From: Candidatus Tenderia sp.
GTDB lineage: Bacteria; Pseudomonadota; Gammaproteobacteria; Tenderiales; Tenderiaceae
Direction: 5' to 3'
DNA: 54,557 bases
Assembly (NCBI GenBank): GCA_030148045.1
Contig: JASBUE010000068.1
Span: forward strand, 1-54,557
Part shown: piece after piece, positions 45,692 to 54,557 of the stretch
How the letters are laid out: each line of letters begins with the position of its first letter
How positions within the stretch are numbered: position 1 is the first letter of the stretch
The notes under the pieces: generated by a model
The model's input: only the letters and a program-made list of their open reading frames with translations
What the model was told of the DNA's origin: nothing
Databases searched by the model: none
Made by a program: the position numbers and the translations under genes

Positions 45692-46756
45692 TTACAACTC
45701 TGCGTACATCCGGCCGGGATTGAAAATCCCCTGTGGGTCGAAACTTGTTTTCAAACGCTGGTGCAGCAGGCGCAGCGGTTCGGCCAGCGGCTGGAACACC
45801 TCGCCGTCACGGTCGCCGCCGCGAAACATGGTGGCGTGGCCGCCGTGTTGTTGCACCACGCCGCGAATCTGTTGTGCATCATTGTCGCTGAACAGCCAGC
45901 GCTGCGCGCCGCCCCAATCAAACAGCCATTCGCCGCCGAGGGCGAGCGGTGGTGTGTCCGGTTTCACCACGATGCGCCAGAGTGGCTTGTCGCCGTTGAA
46001 AAACGATAGTTGCTGCTCGCCCAGCCGTTGCCAGAAGTGACTGCGCGGACTGAGCGCATCGCCGGGCAGTTTGCGTCGCGCCTCATGGACCGACCGTTCG
46101 CTGCCGGCCAGGCGCAGATAGCACTGTCCCTTGTAGTAGCAGGCGGCGTCGACAGGCAGGGCCTTGCCCAGCAGGCCGCTCATGAGTGTGATGGCATCCG
46201 CGGCGCTGCATTCGTGATACAGGGTGGTCACAGCGGCGGGGCGGGGCAATACTTTTAAACTCACTTCCAGCAGCACGCCCAGGGTGCCCCAGGCGCCGGC
46301 CATCAGGCGCGAGATATCGTAGCCGGCCACGTTCTTCATCACCTGGCCGCCGAAGCGCAGGATCTCAGCCTTGCCGTTGAGCAGGCGGCAGCCGAGTACG
46401 AAATCGCGCGCCGCGCCGGCGTATGGGCGGCGCGGCCCGGAGAGACCACAGGCGATGGTGCCGCCCAGGGTGGCGTGGTCGCCGAAGTGTGGCGGCTCGA
46501 AGGCGAGCATCTGGTTGTTGTCCGCCAGGGTTTGTTCGATTTCGGCCAACGGTGTGCCGGCGCGGGCGCTGAGCACCAGCTCGCGCGGGTCGTAATCGAC
46601 AATGCCACGATGGCCGCTCACCGCCAGCACATCACCTGCGGGCCTGCGGCCGAGCATGGTCTTGCTGCCACCGCTGACGATATTCAGACCGCGTTTCTCC
46701 TGCGCCTCCTGCCGCACCTGGTCCTGCAGCCGTGCGCCGATATTATCTTCCGTCAT
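45692..46756 (-). CDS. glcE: Glycolate oxidase FAD-binding subunit
   Basis: FAD_binding_4-like: SGGSKTMLGR...LSARAGTPLAEIEQTL...GGTIACGLSGPRR. ATG 46756 overlaps the glcD stop (ATGA). The ORF track extension to 46999 overlaps glcD. Confidence 0.85.
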   Translation of the reverse strand: MTEDNIGARLQDQVRQEAQEKRGLNIVSGGSKTMLGRRPAGDVLAVSGHRGIVDYDPRELVLSARAGTPLAEIEQTLADNNQMLAFEPPHFGDHATLGGTIACGLSGPRRPYAGAARDFVLGCRLLNGKAEILRFGGQVMKNVAGYDISRLMAGAWGTLGVLLEVSLKVLPRPAAVTTLYHECSAADAITLMSGLLGKALPVDAACYYKGQCYLRLAGSERSVHEARRKLPGDALSPRSHFWQRLGEQQLSFFNGDKPLWRIVVKPDTPPLALGGEWLFDWGGAQRWLFSDNDAQQIRGVVQQHGGHATMFRGGDRDGEVFQPLAEPLRLLHQRLKTSFDPQGIFNPGRMYAEL

Positions 46757-48231
46757 CAGAAACGCTCCAGCTCGGGGTGGGGCAGCTGGCCCTTGTGGAC
46801 GTGCATGGCGCCGAATTCGGCGCAGCGGTGCAGGGTGGGCACGGCCTTGCTCGGGTTGAGCAGTCCGTCGGGATCGAAAGCGGCCTTGACGGCGTGAAAC
46901 TGGCTCAGTTCCGCGCTCTGGAACTGGACGCACATCTGATCGATCTTCTCCATACCCACGCCGTGCTCGCCGGTGATGGTGCCGCCCACGTCGACGCACA
47001 GTTCCAGAATTTTGCGGCCGAACGCCTCGGTGCGCTCCAGCTCGCCGGGCTGGTTGGCGTCGAACAGGATCAGCGGGTGCAGGTTGCCGTCACCGGCGTG
47101 GAAGACGTTGGCCACCGGCAGCTGGTACTCCCGCGACAGCTCGCTGATGCGGTGCAGCACCCTGGGCAGTTGGCGGCACGGGATGGTGCCGTCCATGCAG
47201 TAGTAATCGGGGGCGATGCGGCCCACGGCGGGGAAGGCCGACTTGCGTCCCTTCCAGAACAGCTGGCGCTCGGCCTCGTCGCGGGCGGTGCGCACCTCGA
47301 TGGCGCCGCTTTCCTTAAGGATCCGGCGCGCGGTCATGATCTGTTCCGAGACTTCGGCGTTGGTGCCGTCCAGTTCGCACAGCAGAATCGCCTCGGCGTC
47401 GCGCGGATAGCCGGCATGGGCGAAATCCTCCGCCGCCTGGACGGCCAGTTTGTCCATCATCTCAAGGCCGGCGGGGATGATGCCGGCGGCGATGATGGCG
47501 CCCACCGCCTCGCCCGCCCTGCCCACGTCGTCGAAGGCGGCCAGCACCACCTGGGCCCGTTCCGGCCGCGCCAGGAGTTTTACTGTGACTTCGACGATGA
47601 CGCCCAGCATGCCCTCGGAACCGGTCATCAGCGCCAGCAGATCGTAGCCGGGGCTATCCAGGGTCTCGGCGCCGATGGTGACCAGTTCGCCCTCCACGGT
47701 GATGATCTTGAGTTGCAGGATATTGTGCACCGTCAGGCCGTACTTGAGGCAGTGCACGCCGCCGGAGTTCTCCGCCACGTTGCCGCCGATGGTGCAGGCG
47801 ATCTGGGAGGAGGGGTCCGGAGCGTAGTAGAGATTGTGCGGCGCGGCGGCCTCGGAGATGGCCAGGTTGCGCACGCCGGGCTGCACTGTGGCCATGGCGT
47901 TGCGCGCATCGATGTCGAGAATCTTAGTGAACTTGGCCAGGCTGAGCAGCAGGCCGTTTTCCAGCGGCAGGGCGCCGCCAGACAGGCCGGTGCCCGCGCC
48001 ACGGGCGATCACCGGCACCTTGAGCTGGTGGCAGAGACGCATGATGGTGCGCACCTGCGCGACCGTTTCCGGCAGCGCCACCACCATGGGCAGGCGCCGA
48101 TAGATGGACAGGCCGTCGCATTCGAAGGGGCGCAGCTCTTCAGGTTCGGTCAATACCGCCTCATCGGGCAGCAATTGTCTTAGCGCCTGGATCAGACGAT
48201 CCTTGTGCGCAGCGTGGTCCTCCCCGCTCAT
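46756..48231 (-). CDS. glcD: Glycolate oxidase subunit GlcD (FAD-linked oxidase)
   Basis: VIARGAGTGLSGGALP...GGTITGEHGVGMEK. Likely start is ATG 48231 (MSGEDHAAHKDRL). The ORF is open to 48300. Confidence 0.9.
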   Translation of the reverse strand: MSGEDHAAHKDRLIQALRQLLPDEAVLTEPEELRPFECDGLSIYRRLPMVVALPETVAQVRTIMRLCHQLKVPVIARGAGTGLSGGALPLENGLLLSLAKFTKILDIDARNAMATVQPGVRNLAISEAAAPHNLYYAPDPSSQIACTIGGNVAENSGGVHCLKYGLTVHNILQLKIITVEGELVTIGAETLDSPGYDLLALMTGSEGMLGVIVEVTVKLLARPERAQVVLAAFDDVGRAGEAVGAIIAAGIIPAGLEMMDKLAVQAAEDFAHAGYPRDAEAILLCELDGTNAEVSEQIMTARRILKESGAIEVRTARDEAERQLFWKGRKSAFPAVGRIAPDYYCMDGTIPCRQLPRVLHRISELSREYQLPVANVFHAGDGNLHPLILFDANQPGELERTEAFGRKILELCVDVGGTITGEHGVGMEKIDQMCVQFQSAELSQFHAVKAAFDPDGLLNPSKAVPTLHRCAEFGAMHVHKGQLPHPELERF

Positions 48232-48389
48232 CGACTTCTCGTAATAACTGACTAAATTGGTAGGGTACGCTATCTCACCAGAGATGGGCCCCAAATGCAA
48301 GGCAATACCCGGATATTTTGCCAGTGAATTCGGGCAAAAAAAAAGCCCTCGGCTGGGAGGGCTCCTGTTGATTTCTCGTGGGCCCGGCT

Positions 48390-48833
48390 TTATTGGGCCG
48401 GATCGCCGGATGCTTGTTCAGGCGGGGCCTTGGGCGCTTGTTCCGCCTTCGGTTTGGGCGGCAGCAGTTTTTGCAACCGCTGGCTCAGCTCCGGACTGGC
48501 CGTGGTGTTGAATTGGTTGAGGATCTTGGCCAGCTCCTTTTCGCCCTCGAAGGCGCCGACGTCGCGCAACACGCCCCAGACCAGGTCTTTGTCCTCCGCT
48601 TTCACCGTGCCGTTCAGGTTCAACATAGCCTTGGCCAGGGCCTGTTCGTTGGCGGTGACGTTGGTGCTGGCGGCGATCTGCTTAAGCACCTCGCGCTGCG
48701 GTGCCGCGGGTGCGGTTTCCATATTCAGCAGGACTTCCGCCATTTGCTGAATCGTGACCGTGGCCGCCGTGGCGGTCTGCAGCGCCAGGCTCAGGGGGAT
48801 GAACAAAGACAGGATGAATGCCCTCAACTTCAC
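48390..48833 (-). CDS. Hypothetical secreted protein
   Basis: GTG 48833 lies 6 nt after GGAGGAG. Signal peptide KLRAFILSLFIPLSLALQTATA. Pro/Lys/Ala-rich C-terminus. Confidence 0.5.
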   Translation of the reverse strand: MKLRAFILSLFIPLSLALQTATAATVTIQQMAEVLLNMETAPAAPQREVLKQIAASTNVTANEQALAKAMLNLNGTVKAEDKDLVWGVLRDVGAFEGEKELAKILNQFNTTASPELSQRLQKLLPPKPKAEQAPKAPPEQASGDPAQ

Positions 48834-48967
48834 TGTTATCTCCTCCGCATTGTTATTGTTGATGTGCGCTTTAACCTTACGTGGATAGTGGTCCCATGTC
48901 CACTGCAACACGGGTTTTGTCTGTCGCCGGAGGCGGCTATAGTTGATGAAGAATTGGAGGACTGACC

Positions 48968-49759
48968 GTGAAAACTAAACTGTTTCTGCTGTTATTGCTG
49001 CTGATCCTGACCGCCTGCGCCGTTTCCCCCACCGGGCGCAAGCAGCTGGCCTTTATGCCCGAGTCGCAGATGATCTCCATGGGGATGCAGTCCTTCCAGC
49101 AGCTGAAACAGGAGACGCCCCGGGTTGACGATCCGGCCGTCAATCAGTACGTGCAATGCGTGGCCGATGCCATCACTACCCTGCCGCAGGTGCAGCAGTA
49201 CAGCAGCGACTGGGAGGTGGTGGTGTTCGATGAAGAGGTGGTCAACGCCTTCGCCCTGCCCGGCGGCCGGATCGGTGTTTACCAGGGGCTGTTGTCGGTC
49301 GCGGAAACGCCGGACCAGCTGGCGGCGATGATGGGGCACGAGGTGGCCCACGTGCTGGCTCAGCACGCTAACGAGCGTGTCTCGCAAAACCTGGCGGTCA
49401 ATCAGACCCTGGCGTTGTTGGAGGACTGGATGGCGTCCAACAACACCGCCTATCGTCAACAGGCCATGGGACTGTTGGGGGTGGGGGCACAGGTGGGTGT
49501 GTTATTGCCCTTCAGCCGCGTGCACGAGAGCGAGGCCGACGAGATCGGCCAGGTCCTGATGGCCAAGGCCGGCTTCGATCCGCGCGCCAGTGTTACCCTG
49601 TGGCGGAACATGGGCAAGGCGGGCGGTGAAGCGCCGCCCGAATTCCTCTCCACCCATCCATCCTATGAAACACGCATCGACCAGTTGCAGGCCGGGGTGG
49701 AGGCGGCCATGCGGTACTATCGGGTGGTGACGCAAAAGCCGGGCTGTAAAATGCCTTGA
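48968..49759 (+). CDS. M48-family Zn metallopeptidase lipoprotein
   Basis: Lipobox LILTA-C. HEVAHV (HExxH). Downstream ESEADEIG. Confidence 0.85.
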   Translation: MKTKLFLLLLLLILTACAVSPTGRKQLAFMPESQMISMGMQSFQQLKQETPRVDDPAVNQYVQCVADAITTLPQVQQYSSDWEVVVFDEEVVNAFALPGGRIGVYQGLLSVAETPDQLAAMMGHEVAHVLAQHANERVSQNLAVNQTLALLEDWMASNNTAYRQQAMGLLGVGAQVGVLLPFSRVHESEADEIGQVLMAKAGFDPRASVTLWRNMGKAGGEAPPEFLSTHPSYETRIDQLQAGVEAAMRYYRVVTQKPGCKMP

Positions 49760-49783
49760 GAAGCTGCATTCCAGAAATAATAA

Positions 49784-49818
49784 AGCCCTGTGCCGGCGGC
49801 GGCACAGGGCTTAATATT
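49784..49818 (+). terminator. Rho-independent terminator of the M48 peptidase gene
   Basis: agccctgtgccg-gcgg-cggcacagggct followed by TAATATT. Confidence 0.7.
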
Positions 49819-49934
49819 GGTGGAGGCGGCGGGAATCGGCACTTAGAATCCCTTCGGGCTTCATTAAGTGTACCTACGCTTCGCTACGGCAACCCGCAGA
49901 ACGCGGGCTCTCATCCACGCCACCGCCTCCACCA
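49817..49934. repeat. att-like element built from copies of the ssrA 3' end (one direct, one inverted)
   Basis: 49817-49836 is identical to 49973-49992 (ttggtggaggcggcgggaat). 49920-49934 (ccaccgcctccacca) is its reverse complement, 14/15 matches. Confidence 0.7.
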
Positions 49935-49964
49935 AATAAAAAAGGGCTGCCTGTCGGCAACCCT
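49935..49964 (-). terminator. ssrA terminator
   Basis: On the minus strand: AGGGUUGCC-GACA-GGCAGCCCU followed by UUUUUUAUUU. Confidence 0.8.
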
Positions 49965-49973
49965 CGTTTTATT

Positions 49974-50336
49974 TGGTGGAGGCGGCGGGAATTGAACCCG
50001 CGTCCGCAAATCCTCTGCCTTCGGCTCTACATGCTTATCCCGGGCTATTCATTTAACTGCGGGCTACCCGACGGGCAGGGAAAACCAACAGCGAGTTTGG
50101 TTTAGGTTTTAACGAATCCGCCCCAAACGTGCTTCATCGCGAGCTTGTATGAGTCGACCCCGGTTGACCAAGCGTACAAGCACACATTGGGCCGAGGGCA
50201 CCCTACCGGGTTTTAAGCGGCGAGTGCGTAGTTGTCTTCGTTGGCAACTATGAATTTGCGAATGGTTTTACGAGGGTATCCGCACCTCGGCATGCACCTT
50301 GGGTTTCGCGATCCACGTCGAAGCCATGTCGCCCCC
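49974..50336 (-). ncRNA. ssrA: tmRNA (SsrA)
   Basis: 5' GGGGGCGACAUGGCUUCGACG... Tag reading frame GCC AAC GAA GAC AAC TAC GCA CTC GCC GCT TAA = ANEDNYALAA (50213-50245). 3' end GCGGGUUCAAUUCCCGCCGCCUCCACCA. Confidence 0.97.
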
Positions 50337-50393
50337 TCGGTTACGAAGATAAGACATTGTACGCGAGGACAAAGTTCCCGGCCAGTGGGATTT

Positions 50394-51890
50394 TTACCAG
50401 TGCAGCGCGCGCAGATGGGACTGTTTTTTCTGTTGGTGGTCCTGCATGCGTACCAGGATGGCGTGCAGGGTGGCGACGGCGTTGAGGATGTAGGGCCCTT
50501 TGTTGAGCATGACACATTCGGCGCGTCCCGACATGGCGGCATCGGTGAGTTCCGGGCGGCTGGAAAAGCCCTTTTTGGTCAGGGTTTCCAGCACCTGGGT
50601 GGCCCAGACCACGGGCACGTGGGCCGCCTCGCACAGCCACAGCAGCTCCTCCTGGATTTCGGCCATGCGCACCCCGCCCAGCTCTACCGCCAGGTCGCCG
50701 CGGGCGATCATCACCCCGAGGCGAAAGCGGTCCAGGGCGCTGAGCAGGATCTCGGGCAGGTTTTTCACCGCGCTGCGGGTCTCGATCTTGGCGACGATGC
50801 CCAGGTGGCCGGCATTACGTTGTTCCAGGGCCTGCATCAGGGTCTGCATGTCGGCGCCGCTTTGCACGAAGGAGAAGCCCACCAGGTCGGCATGGCGGCA
50901 GATGAAGTCCAGATCTTCCAGGTCCTTGGCGGTCAGGCAGGGGAGTTGGATGTGGGTGTCAGGCAGGTTGATGCCCTTGTCGCCGCGCAATCTGACGCCA
51001 TTGGGCCGGGCGTGGACCACCTGCAGCCAGGCGCCGTGTGCATCCACCCGCTCCACTAAGGCGCCCAACTTGCCGTCGTCGAACCAGACCCACTGATCGG
51101 CCCGAAGGGTGTCGATGAGTTGGGGGTGGGAGCAACCGACGGCCTTGATCTCCGCGGGTGCCGCCGCAGGGTCGCGCGCCAGCAGCAGGCCATCGTCGAG
51201 AAACAGGCGCAGCTTGTCGCGCCCTGGGGCGAGGTGGGTGCGGATCTTCTGTCCCGCCAAGTCCATCAGGATGGCGCAGGGTTTGCCGCTTTGCTCGATG
51301 GCGCGGCGCAAGTGGTCGATCATGCCTCCCCATGACCGGGCGTCGTCATGGGCGCAGTTGATGCGGGCGCAGTCCATGCCGGCGGCCAACAGGTCACTCA
51401 CCAGACGCGGGTCGTCGGCGGCTTCGCTGGGCAAGGTCACCATGATGCGCGTTTTGCGCGCGGCCCGCGGCGGGCCGAACAGGCGGGCGCTGTGTTGAGC
51501 CAGCAGGGCGCGGCCTTCTTGATAAGCCGGGGCCCCATGCAGGGATGGTGCGTCCTGCCGCGTGGCAGGGACATGACGCAAGATGCCGGCGACCTGGTTC
51601 AGGGTGTGCATGGTGTGGGCTTCGCAGCGCCCCAGGGAGGAGACGCCGGCCTCGGCCAGCCGCTCTTGTAATGCTCTCAAGTCGTGGCGCCGCAGGGCGA
51701 GATAGTGGGCGAGGTTCTTGGCGCTTTTGTTTGCCGGAGTGGTGGCGCCGTACTGGGTCAGTATCCGTTGGGCGTCGTGTTCGATGCAGTGGCATAGCTC
51801 GGCCACCCGGGCAGCCAGGTCCGGCGCAGGCAGGTGGGTGGCGGTCGAGTCCATGGTGGCCCATCCGTCAAATGCATCAAGCGAGATCAC
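50394..51890 (-). CDS. Pyruvate-kinase-family protein (barrel domain with ~150-aa N-terminal extension, no canonical C-terminal domain)
   Basis: RKTRIMVTLPSEA...CARINCAHD...VAKIETRSAV...MIARGDLAVELG are PK barrel motifs. The N-terminal helical region is not PK-like. Confidence 0.7.
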   Translation of the reverse strand: MISLDAFDGWATMDSTATHLPAPDLAARVAELCHCIEHDAQRILTQYGATTPANKSAKNLAHYLALRRHDLRALQERLAEAGVSSLGRCEAHTMHTLNQVAGILRHVPATRQDAPSLHGAPAYQEGRALLAQHSARLFGPPRAARKTRIMVTLPSEAADDPRLVSDLLAAGMDCARINCAHDDARSWGGMIDHLRRAIEQSGKPCAILMDLAGQKIRTHLAPGRDKLRLFLDDGLLLARDPAAAPAEIKAVGCSHPQLIDTLRADQWVWFDDGKLGALVERVDAHGAWLQVVHARPNGVRLRGDKGINLPDTHIQLPCLTAKDLEDLDFICRHADLVGFSFVQSGADMQTLMQALEQRNAGHLGIVAKIETRSAVKNLPEILLSALDRFRLGVMIARGDLAVELGGVRMAEIQEELLWLCEAAHVPVVWATQVLETLTKKGFSSRPELTDAAMSGRAECVMLNKGPYILNAVATLHAILVRMQDHQQKKQSHLRALHW

Positions 51891-51954
51891 CTTGGCGAGG
51901 ATAGCCCGACAATATGACAGGTAGATGACGGCGGGCGGTGCCCGCCCGGCGCAC

Positions 51955-52437
51955 TCAGCCTCGTTTGAGGATGCGCTGCTTCTCGCGCGCCCAGTCGCGC
52001 TCCTTGAGGGTGGCGCGCTTGTCGTGTTGCTGTTTGCCCTTGGCCAGGCCGATCTCGACCTTCACCAGGTTGTTTTTCCAATACAGGGCAACGGGCACGA
52101 CGGTGTAGCCCTGGCGTTCCACGGCACCGATCAGGCGATCCAGCTCGCGCCGGTTGAGCAGCAGCTTGCGGGTGCGCCTGGCATCGGGCTGGATGTGAGT
52201 GGAGGCGGTGGGCAGGGGTGTAATCAGGGTGCCGATCAAGAACGCCTCGCCGTTCTTGATCAAGACATAGCTGTCACGCATCTGCACGCGCCCGGCGCGC
52301 AGGCTTTTGACCTCCCAGCCCTCCAGGGCGATGCCGGCCTCGAATTTATCCTCGATGAAAAAGTCGTGCTTGGCCTTTTTGTTGAGGGCGATGGTGGGAG
52401 AGGGTCTTTTGTCCTGTTTCTTGGATTTTTTTGCCAT
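51955..52437 (-). CDS. smpB: SsrA-binding protein SmpB
   Basis: [34 protein letters not shown]...[15 protein letters not shown]...[25 protein letters not shown]. Starts at ATG 52437; the ORF track extends upstream. Confidence 0.95.
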   Translation of the reverse strand: MAKKSKKQDKRPSPTIALNKKAKHDFFIEDKFEAGIALEGWEVKSLRAGRVQMRDSYVLIKNGEAFLIGTLITPLPTASTHIQPDARRTRKLLLNRRELDRLIGAVERQGYTVVPVALYWKNNLVKVEIGLAKGKQQHDKRATLKERDWAREKQRILKRG

Positions 52438-52582
52438 GGCGGCAATTATAGAGCCAGACCGCCGGTAAATGTAAGTTTTTAGCGCGATTTCCGGCCCGGC
52501 GAGTTGAGGCTTGGGGGTATTTTGCGGACAATAGTCCGATCGGGTCGCCAGCGGATAAAAATGGCTAGTAAGGAGAGCATGA

Positions 52583-53971
52583 ATGGCACAGCGGCGCAGC
52601 AGTATGCACGGGCAGTGGTCGTCACGCTGGGTGTTTGTCCTGGCGGCCACCGGGTCCGCCGTGGGGCTCGGGAATATCTGGAAGTTTCCCTACATCGCCG
52701 GTGAAAACGGCGGCGGTGCCTTCGTGCTGGTCTATCTGGTCTGTATCGCCGCTATCGGCATCCCCATTATGATGGCCGAGGTGTTGCTGGGGCGGCGTGG
52801 TCGTCGGAGCCCCATCAACACCATGGCGGTGCTGGCCGAGGAGGCCAAGCATAGCCCGCACTGGAAGTATCTGGGCTGGTCCGGCGTGTTGGCGGGGTTC
52901 TTGATTCTCTCTTATTACAGCGTGATTGCAGGCTGGGCGCTCTCCTATGTGTTCCGTACCGCCTTTGGGGTGTTCTCAGGCGCCTCCGCCGAGGAGGTCG
53001 GCACTATCTTCGATAATCTTTTGGCTTCGCCCGAAAGCCTGCTGGCCTGGCATACCATCTTCATGGTGATGACCATGGTGGTGGTGGCGCGTGGCGTGCG
53101 TCACGGGCTGGAAAAGGCGATCCGTTTCCTGATGCCGGCATTGTTCATGCTGCTGTTGATCCTGCTGGGCTATGCGCTCAATACCGGTGCTTTTGCACAA
53201 GGGCTGGATTTTCTTTTCGATGCCGACTTCGACAAGCTCAGCGGTGACAGCGTCCTGATCGCCATGGGGCACGCCTTTTTCACCCTGAGCCTGGGGATGG
53301 AGGCGATTATGATTTACGGTTCCTACGTGCCGCAAAAGGCCTCCATCGCCGGGACCACCTTTCTCATCGCTGCGGCCGATACCCTGGTGGCGCTGGTGGC
53401 GGGCATGGCCATCTTTCCCATTGTCTTCGCCAACGGCCTGGCGCCCGGCGCCGGGCCGGGGCTGATCTTCGTCACCCTACCCATCGCCTTCGGGCAAATG
53501 ACCGGCGGCGTCTTTTTTGGCACCCTGTTTTTCGTGCTGGTGGTGTTCGCCGCCTGGAGTTCCGCGATTTCGCTGATTGAGCCCGCTATCACCTGGCTGG
53601 TGGAGAACAAGGGTATGAAACGCAGTGCGGCCAGTATCGGCGCCGGCATTGTGACCTGGTTCGTGGGGCTCGGGACGGTGCTGTCATTCAATCTTTGGTC
53701 CGGTTATACCGTGTACGACAAAACCTTTTTCGACTTGCTCGACTACCTTACCGCCAATATCATGTTGCCCCTGGGTGGGTTGTTTATCGCCGTCTTTGCC
53801 GGTTGGGTCATGACCAAGGAGGCGACGCAGGATGAACTGCGCATGGGTGACCATTTTGGTTACCGCCTGTGGCGCTTCCTGGTACGTTATCTGACCCCCG
53901 TCGCGGTAATTATCGTATTTCTCGAGGCCACCGGTTTGCTGGGGTGGTTGACGACAGTGTTGGGAAGTTAA
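52583..53971 (+). CDS. Sodium-dependent transporter, NSS/SNF family
   Basis: [41 protein letters not shown] is the NSS TM1 signature. About 12 TMs. Confidence 0.9.
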   Translation: MAQRRSSMHGQWSSRWVFVLAATGSAVGLGNIWKFPYIAGENGGGAFVLVYLVCIAAIGIPIMMAEVLLGRRGRRSPINTMAVLAEEAKHSPHWKYLGWSGVLAGFLILSYYSVIAGWALSYVFRTAFGVFSGASAEEVGTIFDNLLASPESLLAWHTIFMVMTMVVVARGVRHGLEKAIRFLMPALFMLLLILLGYALNTGAFAQGLDFLFDADFDKLSGDSVLIAMGHAFFTLSLGMEAIMIYGSYVPQKASIAGTTFLIAAADTLVALVAGMAIFPIVFANGLAPGAGPGLIFVTLPIAFGQMTGGVFFGTLFFVLVVFAAWSSAISLIEPAITWLVENKGMKRSAASIGAGIVTWFVGLGTVLSFNLWSGYTVYDKTFFDLLDYLTANIMLPLGGLFIAVFAGWVMTKEATQDELRMGDHFGYRLWRFLVRYLTPVAVIIVFLEATGLLGWLTTVLGS

Positions 53972-53972
53972 T

Positions 53973-54410
53973 ATGAAGACCATTAACCGTAACGCTCTGC
54001 TTCCTTATTCCGCCGCGGAGATGTTCGCCCTGGTGGACGACATCGATGCCTATCAGGAGTTTCTGCCCTGGTGCAAATCCAGCCGGGTGCTGAGCCGTGA
54101 CGAGGACCTGGTGCGCGGTGCTATCGAGCTGAGCAAGGGCGGCATCGAGAAGTCTTTCACCACCGCCAATCGGATACAGAAAAACAAGATGATCGAGGTG
54201 CGCCTGGAAGAGGGACCGTTTCATCATCTCGAAGGTTTCTGGCAATTCGATGCTCTGGATGAACAGGCCAGCAAGATCTCCCTGTTGCTGGAGTTCGAGT
54301 TTTCCAGCAAATTGCTGGGCCTGACCATCGGGCCCGTGTTTAATCAGGTCGCCAATACAATGATGGATGCATTTGTCAAAAGAGCCGCGGATGTCTACGG
54401 AAAACGATAA
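53973..54410 (+). CDS. ratA: SRPBCC/RatA (YfjG, CoQ-binding-like) protein
   Basis: NRNALLPYSAAEMFALVDDIDAYQEFLPWC...GPFHHLEGFWQF... Conserved position next to rnfH and smpB. Confidence 0.85.
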   Translation: MKTINRNALLPYSAAEMFALVDDIDAYQEFLPWCKSSRVLSRDEDLVRGAIELSKGGIEKSFTTANRIQKNKMIEVRLEEGPFHHLEGFWQFDALDEQASKISLLLEFEFSSKLLGLTIGPVFNQVANTMMDAFVKRAADVYGKR

Positions 54411-54557
54411 TAAAATAAAGGTTGAGGTGGCCTTCGCGCGACCGGATACACAGTTGATCGTCTCGCTGGAGGTGCCGCCTGATGCCACGGTGGAGGAGGT
54501 GATCGGGCTCTCCGGGATCATGGAAAAGTTTCCCGAGATCGACCTGGCCGAGAACAA
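54391..54557 (+). CDS. rnfH: RnfH-family ubiquitin-like protein (3' end outside window)
   Basis: IKVEVAFARPDTQLIVSLEVPPDATVEEVIGLSGIMEKFPEIDL. Overlaps the ratA end by 20 nt. Confidence 0.8.
   Translation, partial: MSTENDNKIKVEVAFARPDTQLIVSLEVPPDATVEEVIGLSGIMEKFPEIDLAEN

Noticed and set aside
53973-54557. ratA-rnfH as a toxin-antitoxin system
   Set aside because: This is the conserved housekeeping pair next to smpB found across gammaproteobacteria. Nothing suggests a mobile TA module.

Overview
GC-rich proteobacterial chromosomal window (gammaproteobacterial gene order smpB/ssrA/ratA-rnfH, groESL behind a sigma-32 promoter). It holds about 55 protein genes and one tmRNA. I found no rRNA, tRNA, CRISPR array, transposase or integrase. 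Left to right: (1) the end of an NHL-repeat gene; (2) a MerR-linked metal operon with an atypical P1B ATPase, a MerF-like CC peptide and a small thioredoxin; (3) a multiheme cytochrome c split by an in-frame TGA exactly at a heme-binding cysteine; (4) a Fur-box-controlled, hmu-like TonB-dependent heme locus: cupredoxin, HemP, receptor, HmuY-like lipoprotein, MotA/ExbB-like protein, secreted double CbiX/CbiK-type chelatase; (5) an HDOD protein; (6) the moxR-DUF58-DUF4381-batA-batB/C-batD operon; (7) glgP with an in-frame TAG; (8) a four-gene carbamoyl/amide cluster: M20 decarbamoylase-like (in-frame TAG), isochorismatase-type amidase, divergent ATCase-fold enzyme, AsnB-like amidotransferase; (9) a cytochrome c peroxidase remnant; (10) a TAT metallophosphoesterase plus monoheme cytochrome c; (11) DUF1566 and DUF900 proteins; (12) a CarH-type B12 photoreceptor with photolyase and a divergent frameshifted ybgA; (13) a DUF2934/H1-like protein; (14) groESL; (15) glcDEF with an aminotransferase and a HAD phosphatase; (16) an M48 peptidase; (17) ssrA with att-like copies of its own 3' end; (18) a pyruvate-kinase-like gene, smpB, an NSS transporter and ratA-rnfH. 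Best leads: the carbamoyltransferase + amidotransferase + two hydrolases cluster, which may make and degrade an N-carbamoyl amino acid amide osmolyte; the possible selenocysteine in a CXXCH motif; and the periplasmic chelatase-like protein in the heme locus, a candidate heme dechelatase. Gene disruptions are unusually dense: three nonsense codons, one frameshift and several fragments. All functional calls rest on motif recognition by eye, without database searches.
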